A stretch of 64,000 nucleotides of DNA from Lama guanicoe (GCA_013239625.1 MU054308.1:231356-295355); one strand, 5' to 3'; shown: positions 24,106 through 38,744, numbered from the stretch's first letter. The notes: generated by a model from the letters alone, not told the origin. Numbers and translations: made by a program.

Positions 24106-24799
24106 CAACTAGCACCCCCTTCCCAAGGTCCTCAGTGAGGCCAGCTCTGGCCATCTCATTTTAAACTGGAAACTGCCTTCCCCTTGTCTCTGCCCCAGAA
24201 ACCCCCTCTCCCTGATCATATTATTTCTATCACCTTCTAGAATACCATATATTTCACATGACTGTCACGACTGTAGTTTATGTTCTGCTCCTCCTCAGTC
24301 CTACAGGGACAAGGATCCTTATTTGTTCACTGATAGACCTCAGGTGACTTGGCCAGTACCCGTGGCACAGCAGTCAATACAAATTGGCCAGATGGAAGGA
24401 GGGATCGTTCCTTACATTCACAGGTGGGTGAACAAAGATTCCGGGGGATTGAGTGTTTCGCTCAGGCACAGAGCTGGTAAGTGTCAGGCCGAGGTGGGTT
24501 TCAGGTACCTATGAACCTGAGGGAGGCTTGAGTGATTACCTTTCCATTGATTAGTATTTCTCAGGTGTCTCTTTCTGGCTCTAACTTTTGACTTCTTTCT
24601 CTTATTCTTCTAAGCTTTCAACCAGTTTTAAATTTTAATTTTGCTTTGTCTCAGGTAAACAAATGAAATCTGTAAAGCTTTTAACTCATTATTTATTTCA
24701 TCTAAATACATTGTGATTAGTGATGATGTTTTATTTCTGGCATCTTGTTTTGTGATTTCTATTTGCTTTGCTCTGCTTTTCTCCTGCCTGTTATATACC

Positions 24800-24995
24800 T
24801 TGCAGTCATGGTTAAGAGCATGGCGTCTAGAGACAGCCTATCCAGGCTTGGCTCCCTCCCTTGCTAACCATGTAACCAGGATATGTAATCCCTTTGAGAC
24901 TCACTTTCTTCATATACAAAAGGTGGTACTATCCACCTCAAAGACTGTGAGCATTAAGTGATAAAATAGATGAAGAACTTAGAATAGTGACCGGC
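24800..24995 (+). mobile_element. MIR SINE
   Basis: 'tggttaagagcatggcgtctagagacag...cttagaatagtg'. Confidence 0.65.
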
Positions 24996-26457
24996 CCATT
25001 TTGCATCCTTCATTTTGATTTCTTTATTTTTATTCTCTTTTTAAACAATTACTTTAGAGATTACTGTTGAATTTTAATGAACACCCTAGATATTGAAGGT
25101 TAAAATGTTACTTAACTCATACATTGAATTTTATATACCAAATGATATCTGTATTTTGTTTCCATAAGTTCTGTTTAGTTCTTTAAAAAATTGATCTGTT
25201 TTATTTTTCATGATGTCCTGATTGTTCATTATGTTACATAAGATTCATTTTATCTTTTCATGATTCAGTCAAACTTATTTTATGCTCTCTCTTAGATTGC
25301 TTCATAATTTTAGGCTCTGGAATATTAATCATCCTGTGTTTTCCGGTGAGCTCTTTCTTCCCTGGGGCACTTATTTCCTTCTGTTTTTAGTTGTGTGTCT
25401 GTGTGTGTGTAGAGTTGTGGGAGCTTCTCTATAGTGAGTACAATTTTTTCCTATGATTGTCCCTTACATACTGGTTTTTAAAGTTTCCCTAGAGAACAAT
25501 ATTGTGTTGCTTATCCTAAGGCTCCAGGTGATATGATCAACCTTGAATTAATATATATTTTGGTTTGGGAATTACGGAATCTTAAATGGAATATCAATTT
25601 GGATTCCACATTCATATAAAGCAGGGGCGTGGAGATTAGATTTTTTTTAAGGGAGACTTTGTTTTTCCCTAGAGAACTGGTTGTTTCACCCCTTTACTGT
25701 GTGCACATGTGGAGAATTTTGAGTCTCCCTTTCAGTGAAGAGGCAAGTCTTCCAATAAGTCTTATGCAGAGGTTTCTATAAAGGAAGATTCTTCTACATC
25801 TGGTATGGACCCTTTTTCCTAAATGGACATTGTATCCCTATTTATGTGCAGATGAAAACCCCTTCCCTTCAGGGTGCGGTGGCATCAGCTCACAAGATTA
25901 CCATTTTTGCGTTAAGTGTCCTCTTTGTATTGTCACCTGGGAACTTCTCTCTCCATAGTTCGCCCTGTGTTACTTTTGTTGTTGTATTTTATCCGGAATT
26001 ACTGAAAGTTTTACTTAAAAGGGATCCTAATTAGCTCTGTTTACCTGTTTCCAGAGCTGAAAGCTTCAGTTCTAGAGTATCTGTTTGATTTTACTTAAAA
26101 ATACATTCCAGTATATTTCTCTGGTGAAAGTCTTAACCCTGTTATATATTCTCCCATCATTTCCTTATTTTCTTGAATATAGTAAAGTATTTTATAGCCT
26201 TTATTGGTAACTCTGATGCCTACATCGCCTGGGGGTTTGCATCCTTTGTCTAATATTTCTTATTCTCATTTTATCCATCATATAGCCTTGACATGTTGCA
26301 TGTCAAGAAATTCTTTATTACATGGCAGACATTGCAAATGAAAAATCCATATCTTACCTTCCGTGAGAGGTTTTCTACCTTCCCGTTAGGCAGACAGGGT
26401 AAGGGACTGATCATCTCACTCCAATCAGGCCCTGAGTTGTGTCAAGACAGAAGTGCC

Positions 26458-28025
26458 TTTTTTCTTAAGACAGCTTTGAGGTATACTTGGCAAAATAATT
26501 TTCACACATTTAAAGTGTACAACTTAATACGTTTTGACATAAGTATATCCCCAAGAAACCATGACCACATTCAAGACAGTGAACATACCCATCACCCACA
26601 AAACTCTTCTCCTGCATTTTGTTGTCCCTACCTCCCTCCCCTTTATTCCCCTGGAACCATTGATCTGCTTTCTATCACAACATGCTGGTTTGCATTTTCA
26701 AGATCGTTGTATGAATGGATTCATGCAGTATCTACTCTATGTTTTCTGACTTCTTTCATTCAGTATAATTATTTTGAGGGTCATCTGTGTTGCTGTATTA
26801 ATAGCTTCTTTTCCTTATAGCAGAGTATTGCTTAGTGCTGAGATTTTCCTGAATAGTTTATTATGAGCAGTGTTTGGATAGACCATCCTTTGTTTCTCCA
26901 TTTACTTCTTGATGGATGCATGGGTTATTTACAACTTGTGCTATTATAAATAATATTGCAGTGAATATTTGGTCATAAGTATTTGTATGGACATATGCTT
27001 TTATTTTCTAAAGCACCAAAAGAGAAATAACTGGATTATATGGTAGATAGGTGTTTACCTTTTATAAAGAAACTGTTAAACAGTTTTCCAAAATGGTTGT
27101 GCTATTGTAAATTCCTCGTGGTGTGTATCAGTTCTGGCTGCTCTATTTTCTTGCCAGCACTTTGTAAGGTCGGTCTTTCTAATCGTATACATTCTAGTAT
27201 GTATGTGTACTAGTATCTCACTGTGGTTTTTAAAGCATTTCTCTAATGACTAATGGCATCTTTAATCAGCATCTTTTCATATGCTTATTATCCATCTGGA
27301 TATCTTTACTGAAGTGTGTTTTCTGGCCTCATTCATTCATTCAGGTGTTTGCATTATTATTGAGTTTTGAAACCTTTTTATTCTGGATCATACCCAAAGA
27401 GAGACCTTTACCAGATATATGATCTGCAAATAGCTTCTGTCAATGGCTTGTTTTTTCATTTGCTTTGCAGTGTTTAGAAGAACTTTGAAGAGTCTTCATT
27501 TTTGTAAAGTTCACTCTATCAGTTACTTTTTAAAATAGATTATACTTTTGGTGTCATAGCAAAGAAATATTTGCCAAACCCAAGGTCATAAAGCTTAAGC
27601 CTATGCTTTTTCTCCTAGCTCTTTTATAGTTTAAGATTTCCTATTAAGATCTATGATCCACTTTGAGTTAATATTTTTATATTTTGTGAGGTATGGATCA
27701 AAGTTCTTTTTTTTTTTTGCATGTCACTATCTAATTGTTCCATCACTACTGTTGAAAAGATCCTTTCCTCCACTGCATCCTTTTTGAGAATCAATTGTCT
27801 ATATAAGTGTTGGTTTAGTTCTGAACTTTCTATTCTGTTCCATTATTCTATTTTCCTGTTTTACACCAACACCATACTTTCTGATTACTGTAGCTTTATA
27901 AAAAAAGTCTGAAAATCAGATAGTGTAAGTCTTCCAACTTTGTTTTTCTTGTTCAAAGTTGTTTTGGATATTTGGGATCCTTTGCATTTTTATATGAATT
28001 TTAGAATCAGTTTTTAAATTCCTTG
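26458..28025 (-). mobile_element. L1MB/L1MC-type LINE 3' portion
   Basis: 'acagctttgaggtatac...aaagtgtacaact' L1 3' end followed by T-rich reverse ORF2 sequence. Confidence 0.9.
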
Positions 28026-29404
28026 CATCCTGTTCTGCCAAAATTCCACCCATGTCTTTGGCCATCTCCAAAGCCACATTTTCTGAAGAAGTCTCTCTTG
28101 ATCCCAAGTGAAAGGAATTTCTCTTTCATCTGTGCTCCATTCACATTTCAAAATATTTGATTACATTTATTCATATTTGGCTGTATGTACTTGTCTGATC
28201 TTTGCTGCCATATAGTAAACCTCTCAAGATTAGGAATCTTGACTTAGTTCCCTATGTCTGCTGAGAAAACTAGTTCTATGCTTTGCAGGAGTGAGCCCTG
28301 CAGTAAGAGGTATCTGCAGCCCACATCTAGCTCATTGCTTGCATACCGTCAAGGAATCCTGCAGATTTAGAATTGTTTATTGATTGTTGTCTCCAAGACG
28401 ACTCAGCCTTTTTATTTCTATTACTACTGCTGCAGTTTCAAAGAACAATGGGCTAATTATTTTCCAAATATCAAAACATACTGTAATTGTGTTTTGACGC
28501 AGATTACGTGCTGCTGTGTCTTAAAAGCCTGCTTAGTGTTCACAGGCTCCTTCACTCATGGAACTTTTGGGAGAATGACATATCCTTAGAGATAGCACTG
28601 CTGATTTTGGCGACCTGCGCAGCAGTATCTGAACTCACTCCTCCTGTATTTCCAGTGTCCCCTCTAGAGCTCCTCCAGCCCTCCATGGTGGGACCTGCAG
28701 TTCTGCCCTCGAAAAGCCTGTTGCTTCTCAAGAAGACTTCCCTATGAAACATAATCATATCCTTCTTGTGGGGACATTCAGTCCAGTGACCTGACAGCAG
28801 GGGAAAATGTTTAGTCTGCTCTTGGTAGAGCCTAAACTCTTCCATACTTATTAGAAGCAAATACAATTAGGAAATTGTGTTGGCATCTAACATATCAGCA
28901 TAAATGTCTGATGAGGAAGATAAGCTTCCCCATCCCACTCAGGCGTCATGTTGATGTGATACTCACCTTGGCTAACATTTTCTCCTGTGTGCAACGTAAG
29001 TTTCAAGACATTATGAATGGCTTTTATTTTTTCTTTCTTGGTCTTTCCACATTCACTGTGTCTGTTGAGATTATATGAATCCTGCTTATTTTCAGCCCAG
29101 CACTTACCCTTTTTAAAGGATCACGTGTTTAAAAGGCTAGTGGACAATTTGTTAGAGGTTAGAAATCCTTAGATTTTGGTCCTAGAGTTGAATCTTGGTT
29201 AGGGGGTGAATGAAAATTCCCATTAAAATTTTAAATTCAGTGTTACAAAGTTTTAAAAATAGTTAAATATTAGTCAATTTCATTAGACACTTTAGCAGTT
29301 ATTTACTTTTAAGCCTGTTTCTGGGGCAATTTTGCAATGATTCCCTCTCTTTATTGATTCCCTCTTTATCAGAATCCTTGAGAGGTCCCTGTCATCACTG
29401 TCAG

Positions 29405-29428
29405 CATCATCATCATCATCATCATCAT
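29405..29428. repeat. (CAT)n microsatellite
   Basis: Direct observation. Confidence 0.9.
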
Positions 29429-29699
29429 GGAACTGTTTTCTCTGGAAGATTCTAGGAAAATAAAGAGATGGGTGGGGTTATGTGTAGGTCAGTGTGTGCA
29501 TATACAATAAGAACAGTTATCAGACATTAGATGCAAGATATCCATTTTATTTAGAGAAGAATGTGGTCATGAAATCCTTATGTGGTGAATGAAGGAAGCA
29601 GTGGGAACAGGATAGTCAATGGAAAGGAGGAGGAATTGAGAGAAGCAGGGAGCATAGATTCTTTGTTAGCCGATCATCAAATTGTTGTGAATGAAGGAA

Positions 29700-30455
29700 G
29701 TGTGGTGGCAGAATCATGTTCCTCCCCGCCACAGTTAGGCCAAATGTGACATGTTACTGTACATGGCAAAAGGGATGACAGATATATTAGGACAGAAATC
29801 TTAGAGGATTTCTGTCTTCTAAATTGTTTATTAGCCTTTTAAACCCATGATAGATTATTAAAGATTAGTGGAGGGCCACAAATAAACAGGATTCATATAA
29901 TCTCACCACACATACTGAATGTAGAAAGACTAAGGAAGAAAAACATAAAGTCTTTCATAGGTGCCTTGAACCTTAAATTGCTCATGAGAGGAAATGTCAC
30001 ACAAGGTGAGTGTCACAGCCACATACACAATGCCTGGATGGGACGGGAGAAGGGAATCCTGAGATGAGACAATAGGTTGAGTAGCCTGGATTGTCCAGGT
30101 GGGCCCAATGTAATCACAGGGGTCCTTAAAATTGAGGACATAGCCCAGCTGAGTTTAAAATCAGAGGGAGGTTTAGCCATGGAGCAGTGTTCAGAAAGGC
30201 CGCTGGCAATGAAAATGGAGGAAGCCATGGGGCACAAGTTAAGGATGGTGTGGCCTCTGGAACCTGGGAAAAAAAAAAAAGTAAACTTTCTCTTCTAGAC
30301 CCTTTAGAAGGAAGGAACCCTGCTGGTAACTTGAATTTATCTCAATGAGAACTGTGTTGAATCTCTGACCTCCAGAGCCATAAGGTGAAAAATCTGTGCT
30401 GGTTTAAGTTGTTAAGCTTATGGGAGTTTTTTACAGTGGTAATAGAAATATAACA
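29700..30455 (+). mobile_element. MLT1D-like LTR, split by a ~280-bp insert (~29800-30075)
   Basis: 'tgtggtggcagaat...catggcaaaaggga' then 'gcctggattgtccaggtgggcccaatgtaatcacaggggtcctta...taatagaaatataaca'. Confidence 0.75.
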
Positions 30456-30777
30456 TAGTGAGCGATAGTGTAAGGGATTAAAGTTCTAGGCTGGGATGTG
30501 GAGAGGATTCTGACATTTACACGTAAAAGACAACCAGGTGCAGTGGGAAGGTGTTTTAAGGAAGACCTACCTGGCAGGGCTGTTTAGAGGACTGTTTGGT
30601 GTGAGGAGAGCATTGGAGTAGAGGAATCAATTAAATCTCTACCAGAAAAATAAGGAATGAAATATAACAGGGCTTCAGTGTTAGTGGATGCAGGAATGGA
30701 AATGGGTAGAGAGATATAAACATTACTTTGAAATTAGCTACAGGTTTGATGATTGCATGTTGGGGAGAGTCAGCCGA

Positions 30778-31130
30778 TGTGTGGACTGAATGTTTGCATC
30801 CCCTCAAAATCCATATGTCGAAACCCCATCTCCCAGGGTGATGGTATTGGGAGGCGGGGTCTTTGGGAGGTGATTACTAGGATAAAATGAGGTCATGAGA
30901 GTACAGCCCTCATGAATGGGATTAGTGCCCTAATAAAGGACCCCAGAGTGCTTGCTTCTCTCTGCTCTCTGGCCCATGAAGATAGTGGGAATACAGCCAT
31001 CTTCGGGCCATAAAGGCTATCTTCTCCCAGATACATTGACCTCAGCCTCCTAAACTTAAGCAACATGCTGATTGTTTAAGCCACCCGACCCATAGTAATT
31101 TGTTACAGCATCCCAGACTGACGAAGACAG
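30778..31130 (+). mobile_element. MLT1A-like LTR
   Basis: 'tggactgaatgtttgcatcccctcaaaatccatatg...gggattagtgccctaataaagg...gactgacgaagaca'. Confidence 0.88.
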
Positions 31131-32132
31131 TGGAGAATGCCTCTGAGATTGGCACTGATTGCCTGGAGAATGCTAAAACCCAGGGAAGTGGGCAGCACAG
31201 ACGTTTACTCATTTAATCCTGGCAACACAGTACGAGATAGAGTCTACTTATTCCTCGCTGTTTAAAAGGGAAGAAAAAAGAGGCACAAATAACAATAACA
31301 ACAACAACAACAACAACAATAATTTGTCCAAGATTCACACAGAACCCCCTGGAGGCAGAGTGAGAAATTATACTCAGGCAGGGTGACCCCAGATCCCCTG
31401 CTCATAACTACTAAGTCAGATCACCTTGCTTATGTGGATCAATTTTTTTCAAGTGTGATATTAGGGTACTGTGTCCAGTAACTTATAATTTCAAAATAAC
31501 TCACGGTAAGGGAAACATTAGTCGCAGGCATTGCAAACCACAGAAAGCTAGACGTACAAAAATAACTCGTTAGTGCAAGATAACCAATAATGTTTTAAAT
31601 ATTCTATTTGCTGAACCTTTGCAATAAAATGTGTATTTATAATTCTGTCTGGCTACAGAATAACTTCATAATCCTTAATGTGGCTGGTGGCTCCCACGGT
31701 AGACAGCACGGGCCTAGAGAATTTAAGTGACTTGTCCAGCCTCGCCCAGGAAGCTCGTGGTGGGATCAGAGCTATAGGCTGGGTGTTTTCCTTCCTATCC
31801 AACAAGTCCCTCATGGAGGCTTAGAAGCTCCTCCTTTGGTGCCCAGCTGTCTATCCGTAATTATGACATCTTGTCAGGTGTCCCAGCCTGCTCCTGAACA
31901 TCAGCCAGTAACCACTTCTGCTCTTTTCTGGTCAGGTAATACATTCTAGCAACTTCTATTGACTTCTTGGCATCAGTTCTTACCTGGAAGGGTAGTGGCT
32001 AGAGATGCAAATGTGTCCACATGACAGGGTTTTCATAAACATATCAGCAATTGTCAAGAGAAGAAAATGTCAGGAAGACGAGTGGAAGCAGGTCATTTAA
32101 TATACCAAATGGGTACTTTCAATGTATGTTTG

Positions 32133-32653
32133 TGTTTCCGAGTACAGACTTGTTCTGCTCGTGCATTACAGGCCAATAAATTGGGAGACCAGGTTTTGGG
32201 GCAAGAAATAGCGATTTTTATTTGGAAATCCAGCTGAGAATATGGAAGTCTATTGTCCTGTAAAACCATCACCCAAAGTTAGAATTAAGGCTCTTTTTAT
32301 ATTAAATAGGGGAAGCAGGAATGCTTGGTTGTTGCAAACTTGGTTAATGAATTCTTTGTTGTTAAAATCTTTTGTTCTTGCAGCTCTTCACCTGGGTCAG
32401 ATGCGTGTAAACCTCCAACAAACAAATGTTATTTTCTATTTTGTAACTTGTTATCTTTATATGAATGGAAAAATGTTAATTTCCTTTAAGGTCAGAGCCT
32501 TGAGAATAGGGCCTCCTGTATATTTCAGGCTCTAGGCAACATTGTTTTACAAAAGGTGCAGAACCAACAAGACTAAACCTAGGAAACAGGTCACAGGATT
32601 AAAATCAAAAGAACAGATCTAATATGGAGTCAGATTTGTTCTTTCCTATTTCA
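32133..32653 (-). mobile_element. ERV1-type solo LTR
   Basis: Reverse complement begins TGAAATAGGAAAGAACAAATCTGACTCCATATTAGATC and ends ...CTCGGAAACA (TG...CA termini). Confidence 0.75.
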
Positions 32654-33335
32654 AGAGTGCCATGGAGAAGGCACTTTGGGCAGCTTGTTGTAGGGTCCTG
32701 GAGGCTTTCTCTCTCAGCCTCTGGGCACCTCTATTCTAAACCCTTCATAGCTGTCTGGCCTGCTGGAAAACCACTCCAACTGTTTTGCCCGGAAGATGTG
32801 TTCTGTTTATAACTCAACTTTACTCCTTGGAAAACAAATCAAGAAAAACTAAGTTGGTTTTCCACCAGCCCTGGGAAGGGGTGAGGGATAGCATGTTATT
32901 ATTTTATAAAAAAAGAAAAAATATATAAAAATAATACTAAAAATAATAAAAGAAGTCTTAAAACATCCCTGGGCACATAGGAGAGAGCCAATCAATGTTT
33001 CCTGGCTTAAATTAAAAGTGATAGATCAGTGATTCCATGGCTGCTGTGTTTGCTGTGCTAGTTACTCCTTTGCTCCATTACAATTTTTTTAACTGAAAAA
33101 GAAATACATGCATATGGTTAAAAAAATTTCAAACAGAGCACAAAAATACACAAGTGAAAGAAGTTTTCCCTCATCCTCTGTTCTTTCAGCCGTCCCTGAA
33201 GATGCCACTGTTTATTATCCTTTGTGTGCTTTTCCAGATATGCTTTGCACATTCCCACCTATGTATGTAAATTCCTTTAAACTTTTACTTATTTTTAACT
33301 TAAAAGGGTTTAAATCCTCAAGTGCTTTCTGCCCG

Positions 33336-33803
33336 GGTAATAGAATAGAACAAATCTGACTTCATACTAGATCTTTTCCTTTGAATTTAACCCTGTGCTC
33401 TCTCTCCTAGGCTTCATCTTGTTTGTATAAAAATATTGCCTAGAGCCTGAAATATACAGGAGAGCCTATTCTGAAGGCTCTGACCTTTAAGGATAGTTAA
33501 CACATTTTCATTCATAAAATGATAACAAGCTGCAGAATAGAAAATAACGTTTGTTTTGCTGGAGGTTTACAGAGATTTGACTCAGGCAGATAGCTGCAAG
33601 AATAAAGGATTCTAACAAAATAGAATTCCTACACCAAGAAGTTTGCTACAACTAACTAAGCACATAGGAAAGGAGCCTGAATCCTGTCTTGGGGAGATGG
33701 TATTCCAGGACATTAGTTTGCCATCTAGGTCTGCAGAAACTTGCTATTCCATGCCCCAACACCTGGTCCTGCACTGAGGAGAATGAATTTGGACTCGGTA
33801 ACA
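33336..33803 (+). mobile_element. ERV1-type solo LTR, same family as 32133-32653
   Basis: Begins GGTAATAGAATAGAACAAATCTGACTTCATACTAGATC, ends ...GGACTCGGTAACA; shares internal blocks (aaatatacagga, aggctctgacctt). Confidence 0.75.
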
Positions 33804-34439
33804 CTCCTATCTACCTAGCAAGCTGGGCACTGGAACTGAGGACAGCTCCCCCACACCCAGGGAACTACTGTGAGCCCTTGATAGTTCCACTAGGGTGGGG
33901 TGTGGTTTACTCAGGAGGGATGGGGACTATGCACCAACACTCAGGCAGTCTGCTCTGTCTGGGGCTCTGATCTTGTACCACCCCGTTCCCCGCCAGCCCA
34001 ACACCAGGGACAGTGGAGCTAAGGCAGAGATCTTGCCTGCCTGTTTCCCAGCGTGTAAAAGGGGAATATGTACTCTTCCCAAGGTAGTTCTGAGCGACGA
34101 CACCCGCGGGTGCTTGGTTCCCAGAGCAACAGAAAACCCAGCTCCTCGTGGGGGCAACCGGTGTGATCCCCGTAGGGGTTCTGCAGAGGCCTCGGCTGGA
34201 GGGCTGGACCAGGGAGGTAAAATTTGAGCTGCGGGACTTGAAGGTTTAGAGAAGGGTACAGAGGCAGGACTGCCTCCTGTTTAGGGGTGCGCCCAGAGGT
34301 AAAGATTTTCTCTCCATCTCTGCTACTTCCCTCCCCCCTTAAGATCCCTCACTTCTCTCTGCACCTCCTGTCCATCTGTCTACCTCCACTTTCCACTCCT
34401 CCCCTCCTCCTCCCATCTTCTCCCTCCCTCACTTCTCCA

Positions 34440-35150
34440 GCTTCTCTCACAGAACCCAGAGGATAGCTGGCCCTCCAGCGCATGCGCAGTCGTTGCCAGC
34501 TGGACCGCGGGTTGGAAGCCCCAGCTCCGAGCCATGGAACGGCCCCAAAGGCTACTCAGCTCTGTCGCCCGGTAGGCCTTTGGCACCTGCCTGGGGCCGT
34601 GGCCTCTGGCTGTGGAGGTGCAAGGTGGGGGGCTCCCGGGAAAGGGGTCAGGCGGCTGCGGGAGGGCGGTCCGCGTGTCACAGCCCGCGAGGGCGCGAGT
34701 CAGCGTGTTTTCAGATAATTCCTCGGGCCAGATCCCTCTGCGCGCGCCACCTGCCCCGAAGTCCCGGCCACACCTGTCCTGGGCCAGGTGTGCACCTGCA
34801 GCCTCTCGCCCCACCCGGGCTTCCCTCAGTCCGCGGCTGGCGTCCCCTTCCCCTCTCCCGCCCGCCAGTCCTCTCCTCCCGGGCTGCCTCTCCTCGGCCG
34901 CCGGCCCGTCCCCGCCCCTGGGCGGACTGTGTCCCTGGCGGGTGGGGACTGAGGACCCAGACAGGGGCGGGCGGCTGGGGCTGGGGCTGGGGCAAGGGCT
35001 GGCCTCCGAGCGGGGCTGCAGCCCACGTCCCCAATCCCCCGCTTTCCCTGCCCCCGCGACCCCGTGGCTTCCCTCCTGTCCCTTTCCCGCTCCCTCAGGA
35101 CAAGCTTAGTGGTGTGGGCGCTGCTCCCTGGGCTGAGAGCCTCCGGCTGT
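34440..35150 (+). promoter_or_regulatory. CpG-island promoter with NRF1 site and candidate first exon
   Basis: GCGCATGCGC at 34478-34487, half X-box GTTGCC at 34492, donor CCG|gtaggc at 34571/34572, GC boxes. Confidence 0.7.
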
Positions 35151-36217
35151 AAATACCAGCTTCTCCTGATGGAGTCGGCAAAAGAGAGCGTCAGTGCTGA
35201 GGGAGCTTCCGTCTCCTTCCTCAGTGTTTCTGCCCCTTGAACACTTTCAGGTGTTATGATGGCGGTGCTTGTCGATGTCACGTGTTTTTATAGTGAAAGG
35301 GATTACAGTGTTAAAAGGAGGGGTTGGTTCAGTTAAAAATGAGCTGAAGGCATGAGTCTGTGACATCCTCCAGGCTTCCCTCTCCCAGGGTGAAACGTGA
35401 GACCGTCGATTTTAAAAATATAGTTACAGTCCCTAACTATTCCAGCCCTGCTAGTGTGCGTTAACAGGAACAGCACCACCAGAGGCGTTGGAGACTTAGG
35501 GACATTGCAGTCCTACAGAGCTCCTGGCACCGTTTGGTTTGTTTTGGTTTTTTGTTTTTCTTAAATTGTGTTGCAGACTAGTTGTATAGAGGGGAAAATA
35601 ATTGTCAAGAAATGTTTTTTTCATATAACAGCTTTATTGTGATATTGTTCACAGACCATGAAGCCCATCCATTTAAATGTTACAATTCAGCAGCTTTTAG
35701 CATATTCACAGTGGTGCAACCATTATTATTCCAGAACGTTTTCATCACTTCAGAAAGAGCAGTGGAAATGAATGACCTATCCACCCCTCCCAAGTGGTGG
35801 TTCTAAAGAAATTTCTTGGCTATTCCTGACCATAAATTAACTTGTTACATTCCATGAAAAATCTGGTAGGAATTCTAATCAGAATTGCATTGAATCTGTC
35901 TATCAAAACAGGAAGAATTAATGTCTTTATGGCATAAACTTCTTCTACCCATGAATATATCTGAGACCATATCTTTTCAGTTATCCAGAGCCTGGCCCAT
36001 GGGAAGTCCTCACTAATTGTTGGGCTTGTGAATGATTAGATTCTATACATTGTTAGTTGCAAATGTAGCCTTTCACAGAAGAGAAAACTAACCTCAGTGA
36101 AGCCAAGTGTCTTTCCGATGGTCAGAAATGGTGACAGTCAGTGCTGGAGTGATCCAGTGGACTTGCTGCTTGCAGCCAGAATTCTCCACCACCTACAGCT
36201 ATGGGGATTATAGTGTT

Positions 36218-36510
36218 CTTTTATTTTTTTTAATGACTTGCTTTTATTTTTCCAATTATTTTTTATTGAAGTGTAGTTAACTTACAATGTTAATTTCAGG
36301 TGTAAAACAGAGATTCAGTTATAAACATATTCATGTCTATATACATACGTTTTAGATTGTTTTTAGTACAACTCATTACAAGAACTTGAATATAGTTCCC
36401 TGTGTTATATAGCAGGTCCTTGTCATTTATTTTATATTTATTAATGTGTATCTGTTAATCCCCCTTTTCCTGCCTGCTAACCCAGTTCGTTTCTATGTCT
36501 ATGAGTCCAT
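36218..36510 (-). mobile_element. L1 3' end fragment
   Basis: T-tail then 'attgaagtgtagttaacttacaatgtt...aatatagttccctgtgttatatagcagg', reverse of the 3'UTR type seen at 4400-4600. Confidence 0.85.
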
Positions 36511-38744
36511 GTCTAGCAGCACCGTTATTCCAAGTTAATATATGCTGCTTGGCTGCTTTCAGTTTCAGTAATTCCATTTTATCTGTGGGCATTTTTCTTC
36601 TGGCGGGCCTGTATGTGGTTTGCACATGTAGTAATAGAGATCTATACTTGGGAGAACCCGAAGCCTCGTGTAGTCCCTGTTACAGAGAGCCCACTGAGCT
36701 GATGCTTGAACTGGGAAAAAAGCATAGTAAATGTTGGAATTTCCACTATGGTTGAGACTTCCAGGTTTCTATAACCTCTCTAGCCCACTTTAATGTTGGA
36801 TGCACCCATACTGGGTAATTTGGTGGAACTCCATGTTATGGGGATGTAGAGACAGGGCCTTGTATGCTTCTTCACTTTCCTTTTTTTAACACTCATTCTC
36901 CTTTGCCTCCCAGATCCTCCCACAGCAGTGCCCAGGGCTGGCTTGGTGCTTCACTCAGGCAGTATTTGTTAATAAGGCCCTTTCCTCATCTCTTCTGAGC
37001 ATCCGTTTCCTTCTCTGCACAATGAGACCTTAGACTAGTTAAGTCCTTTTCAGTTTCTTTTAAAGCCATGTTTCCTTTGAGAAACAGAAAATGCAAATCT
37101 CTCCTCCCATTCCAACCCTTTAGATTTTGATACATCCTCCAAGGAGTGACATAGCCCTTTGTGGAAAACTGATGTGATTGTGATTCCAGGTGGCACAGAA
37201 AAGACTCTTCAGAGTTTTATTGCAGGGAAAGGGCTGGAAAGGGGCAGTATGTCACACTTTCTAGTGTGAGCAATGGAGCAGGGATTGGGTTTAAATACGG
37301 TGTCTGATGTGTCCTCTCTCTAATCTTGCACAATGTGATAAACTTCTATCCCTCAGTTTCTTCATGTGTCAAGTTGGGGTGATAGTGTTTTAGGGTTTTT
37401 GTGAAACATTATACACATAATCATTTTTTGTCTCGGTAGAAATAAGAGCTGCTAGGGAGTCAGTGATTTCTTTAAAACAAACAAACAAACAAACAATTCT
37501 TGTCCATAGCAATCTGTCTGTGTGTATTTTAAAGTTCCTAGAAGGTGAGTGTTGAAACTAAAGTCTATCGTGGGACAGGTGACCCCTGGATCTCTGTGCC
37601 CCAGATTGCCCCCTCATCCCCAGTCCTCTTCCCCTCAGTCCAGGATGAAGTTCCCTAGTAGATTTACACAGAGTTCTTGTGGAAGTCGCTTTTCATTTTA
37701 TTGTTTCACCAAGAATGGCTGCCATCATGATCTCTGTGGTCAGGTTTTGAAGGGCTGCCATCATGATATCTGGTAAGCATTCTATGGAATTGGGTGTTTC
37801 TATTTAATGAAAAGAAAAAAATTACAAATAATTGTGACAGGGGCTCTTGGAAGTTGGGACCATGAGCTTTGTTAGCTTCAGGTGCAGTGGCCTCTGGCCA
37901 TGAGGACCCATCCTCGTGCTCTGAAGTTGGAGGGACCAGTGGGTTCAGTGGGAAATTTACCTGAGTGTATCTCATGGTCTAGGGATTGTCCTATTTGTGC
38001 TGTGTGTTCCTTATTTGAGACAGTGAGCTCATTTAACCTCAATAGCCTCTTTGAAAAATTAGACTTTTAATTGTGTGATGTAATGTAGATTCCCATGTAT
38101 TTGTAAGAGATAATATGGAGAGGGCCTATGGACTCTTTGCCCAATTTTCCTTAATGGTTCCATCTTCCAAAGTTGGGGTACAATTCATTACTGACTCATT
38201 AAACCTTTGAGATTTGTGTTACTGCCCTCATTTCTATTCATGATTAAACTGGGGCTTAGAGAAGCACACAGGCCTGCCCAGGTCACCCACATGGTTAGTG
38301 CAGAGTCGGGTGGAACGTGGGCTTGAGATTTCCAGGCAGTACCAATTTGATGGTCTGTGGCATGGAGCAGCATTCACTTTGCTTGTTTATTCATTCATTC
38401 AACAAACATTTATTGAGTAACCTCTGTGTGTCAGATGCTTTCACAGGGTTATCTGATTCTTCAGCAGTACTGAGAATCAGGTGATATTTTCTTATTTTTA
38501 ATCGGAGAAAATTAGCTCTGAGAGGTTATAACCCCCCCAAAGGTAATATAGCTCATAAAGGAGGGAGAGTAAATTTGTACCCTCCCCCCTTTTTATGCAG
38601 GTTGTAACCTAGGCATTTTACATTTGCAAACTTCCGTAATCCAGATATAATCTTGTAAGGCAAGGATTTTCTTTTTAATTGAAGTAGTGAAGTTTACAAT
38701 GTTGTGTCAATTGCAAGGTGTTTTTTGAAATTTGAATTAAAAAA

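Noticed and set aside
34493..35152. 219-aa ORF
   Set aside because: CpG-island artefact with no recognisable protein.
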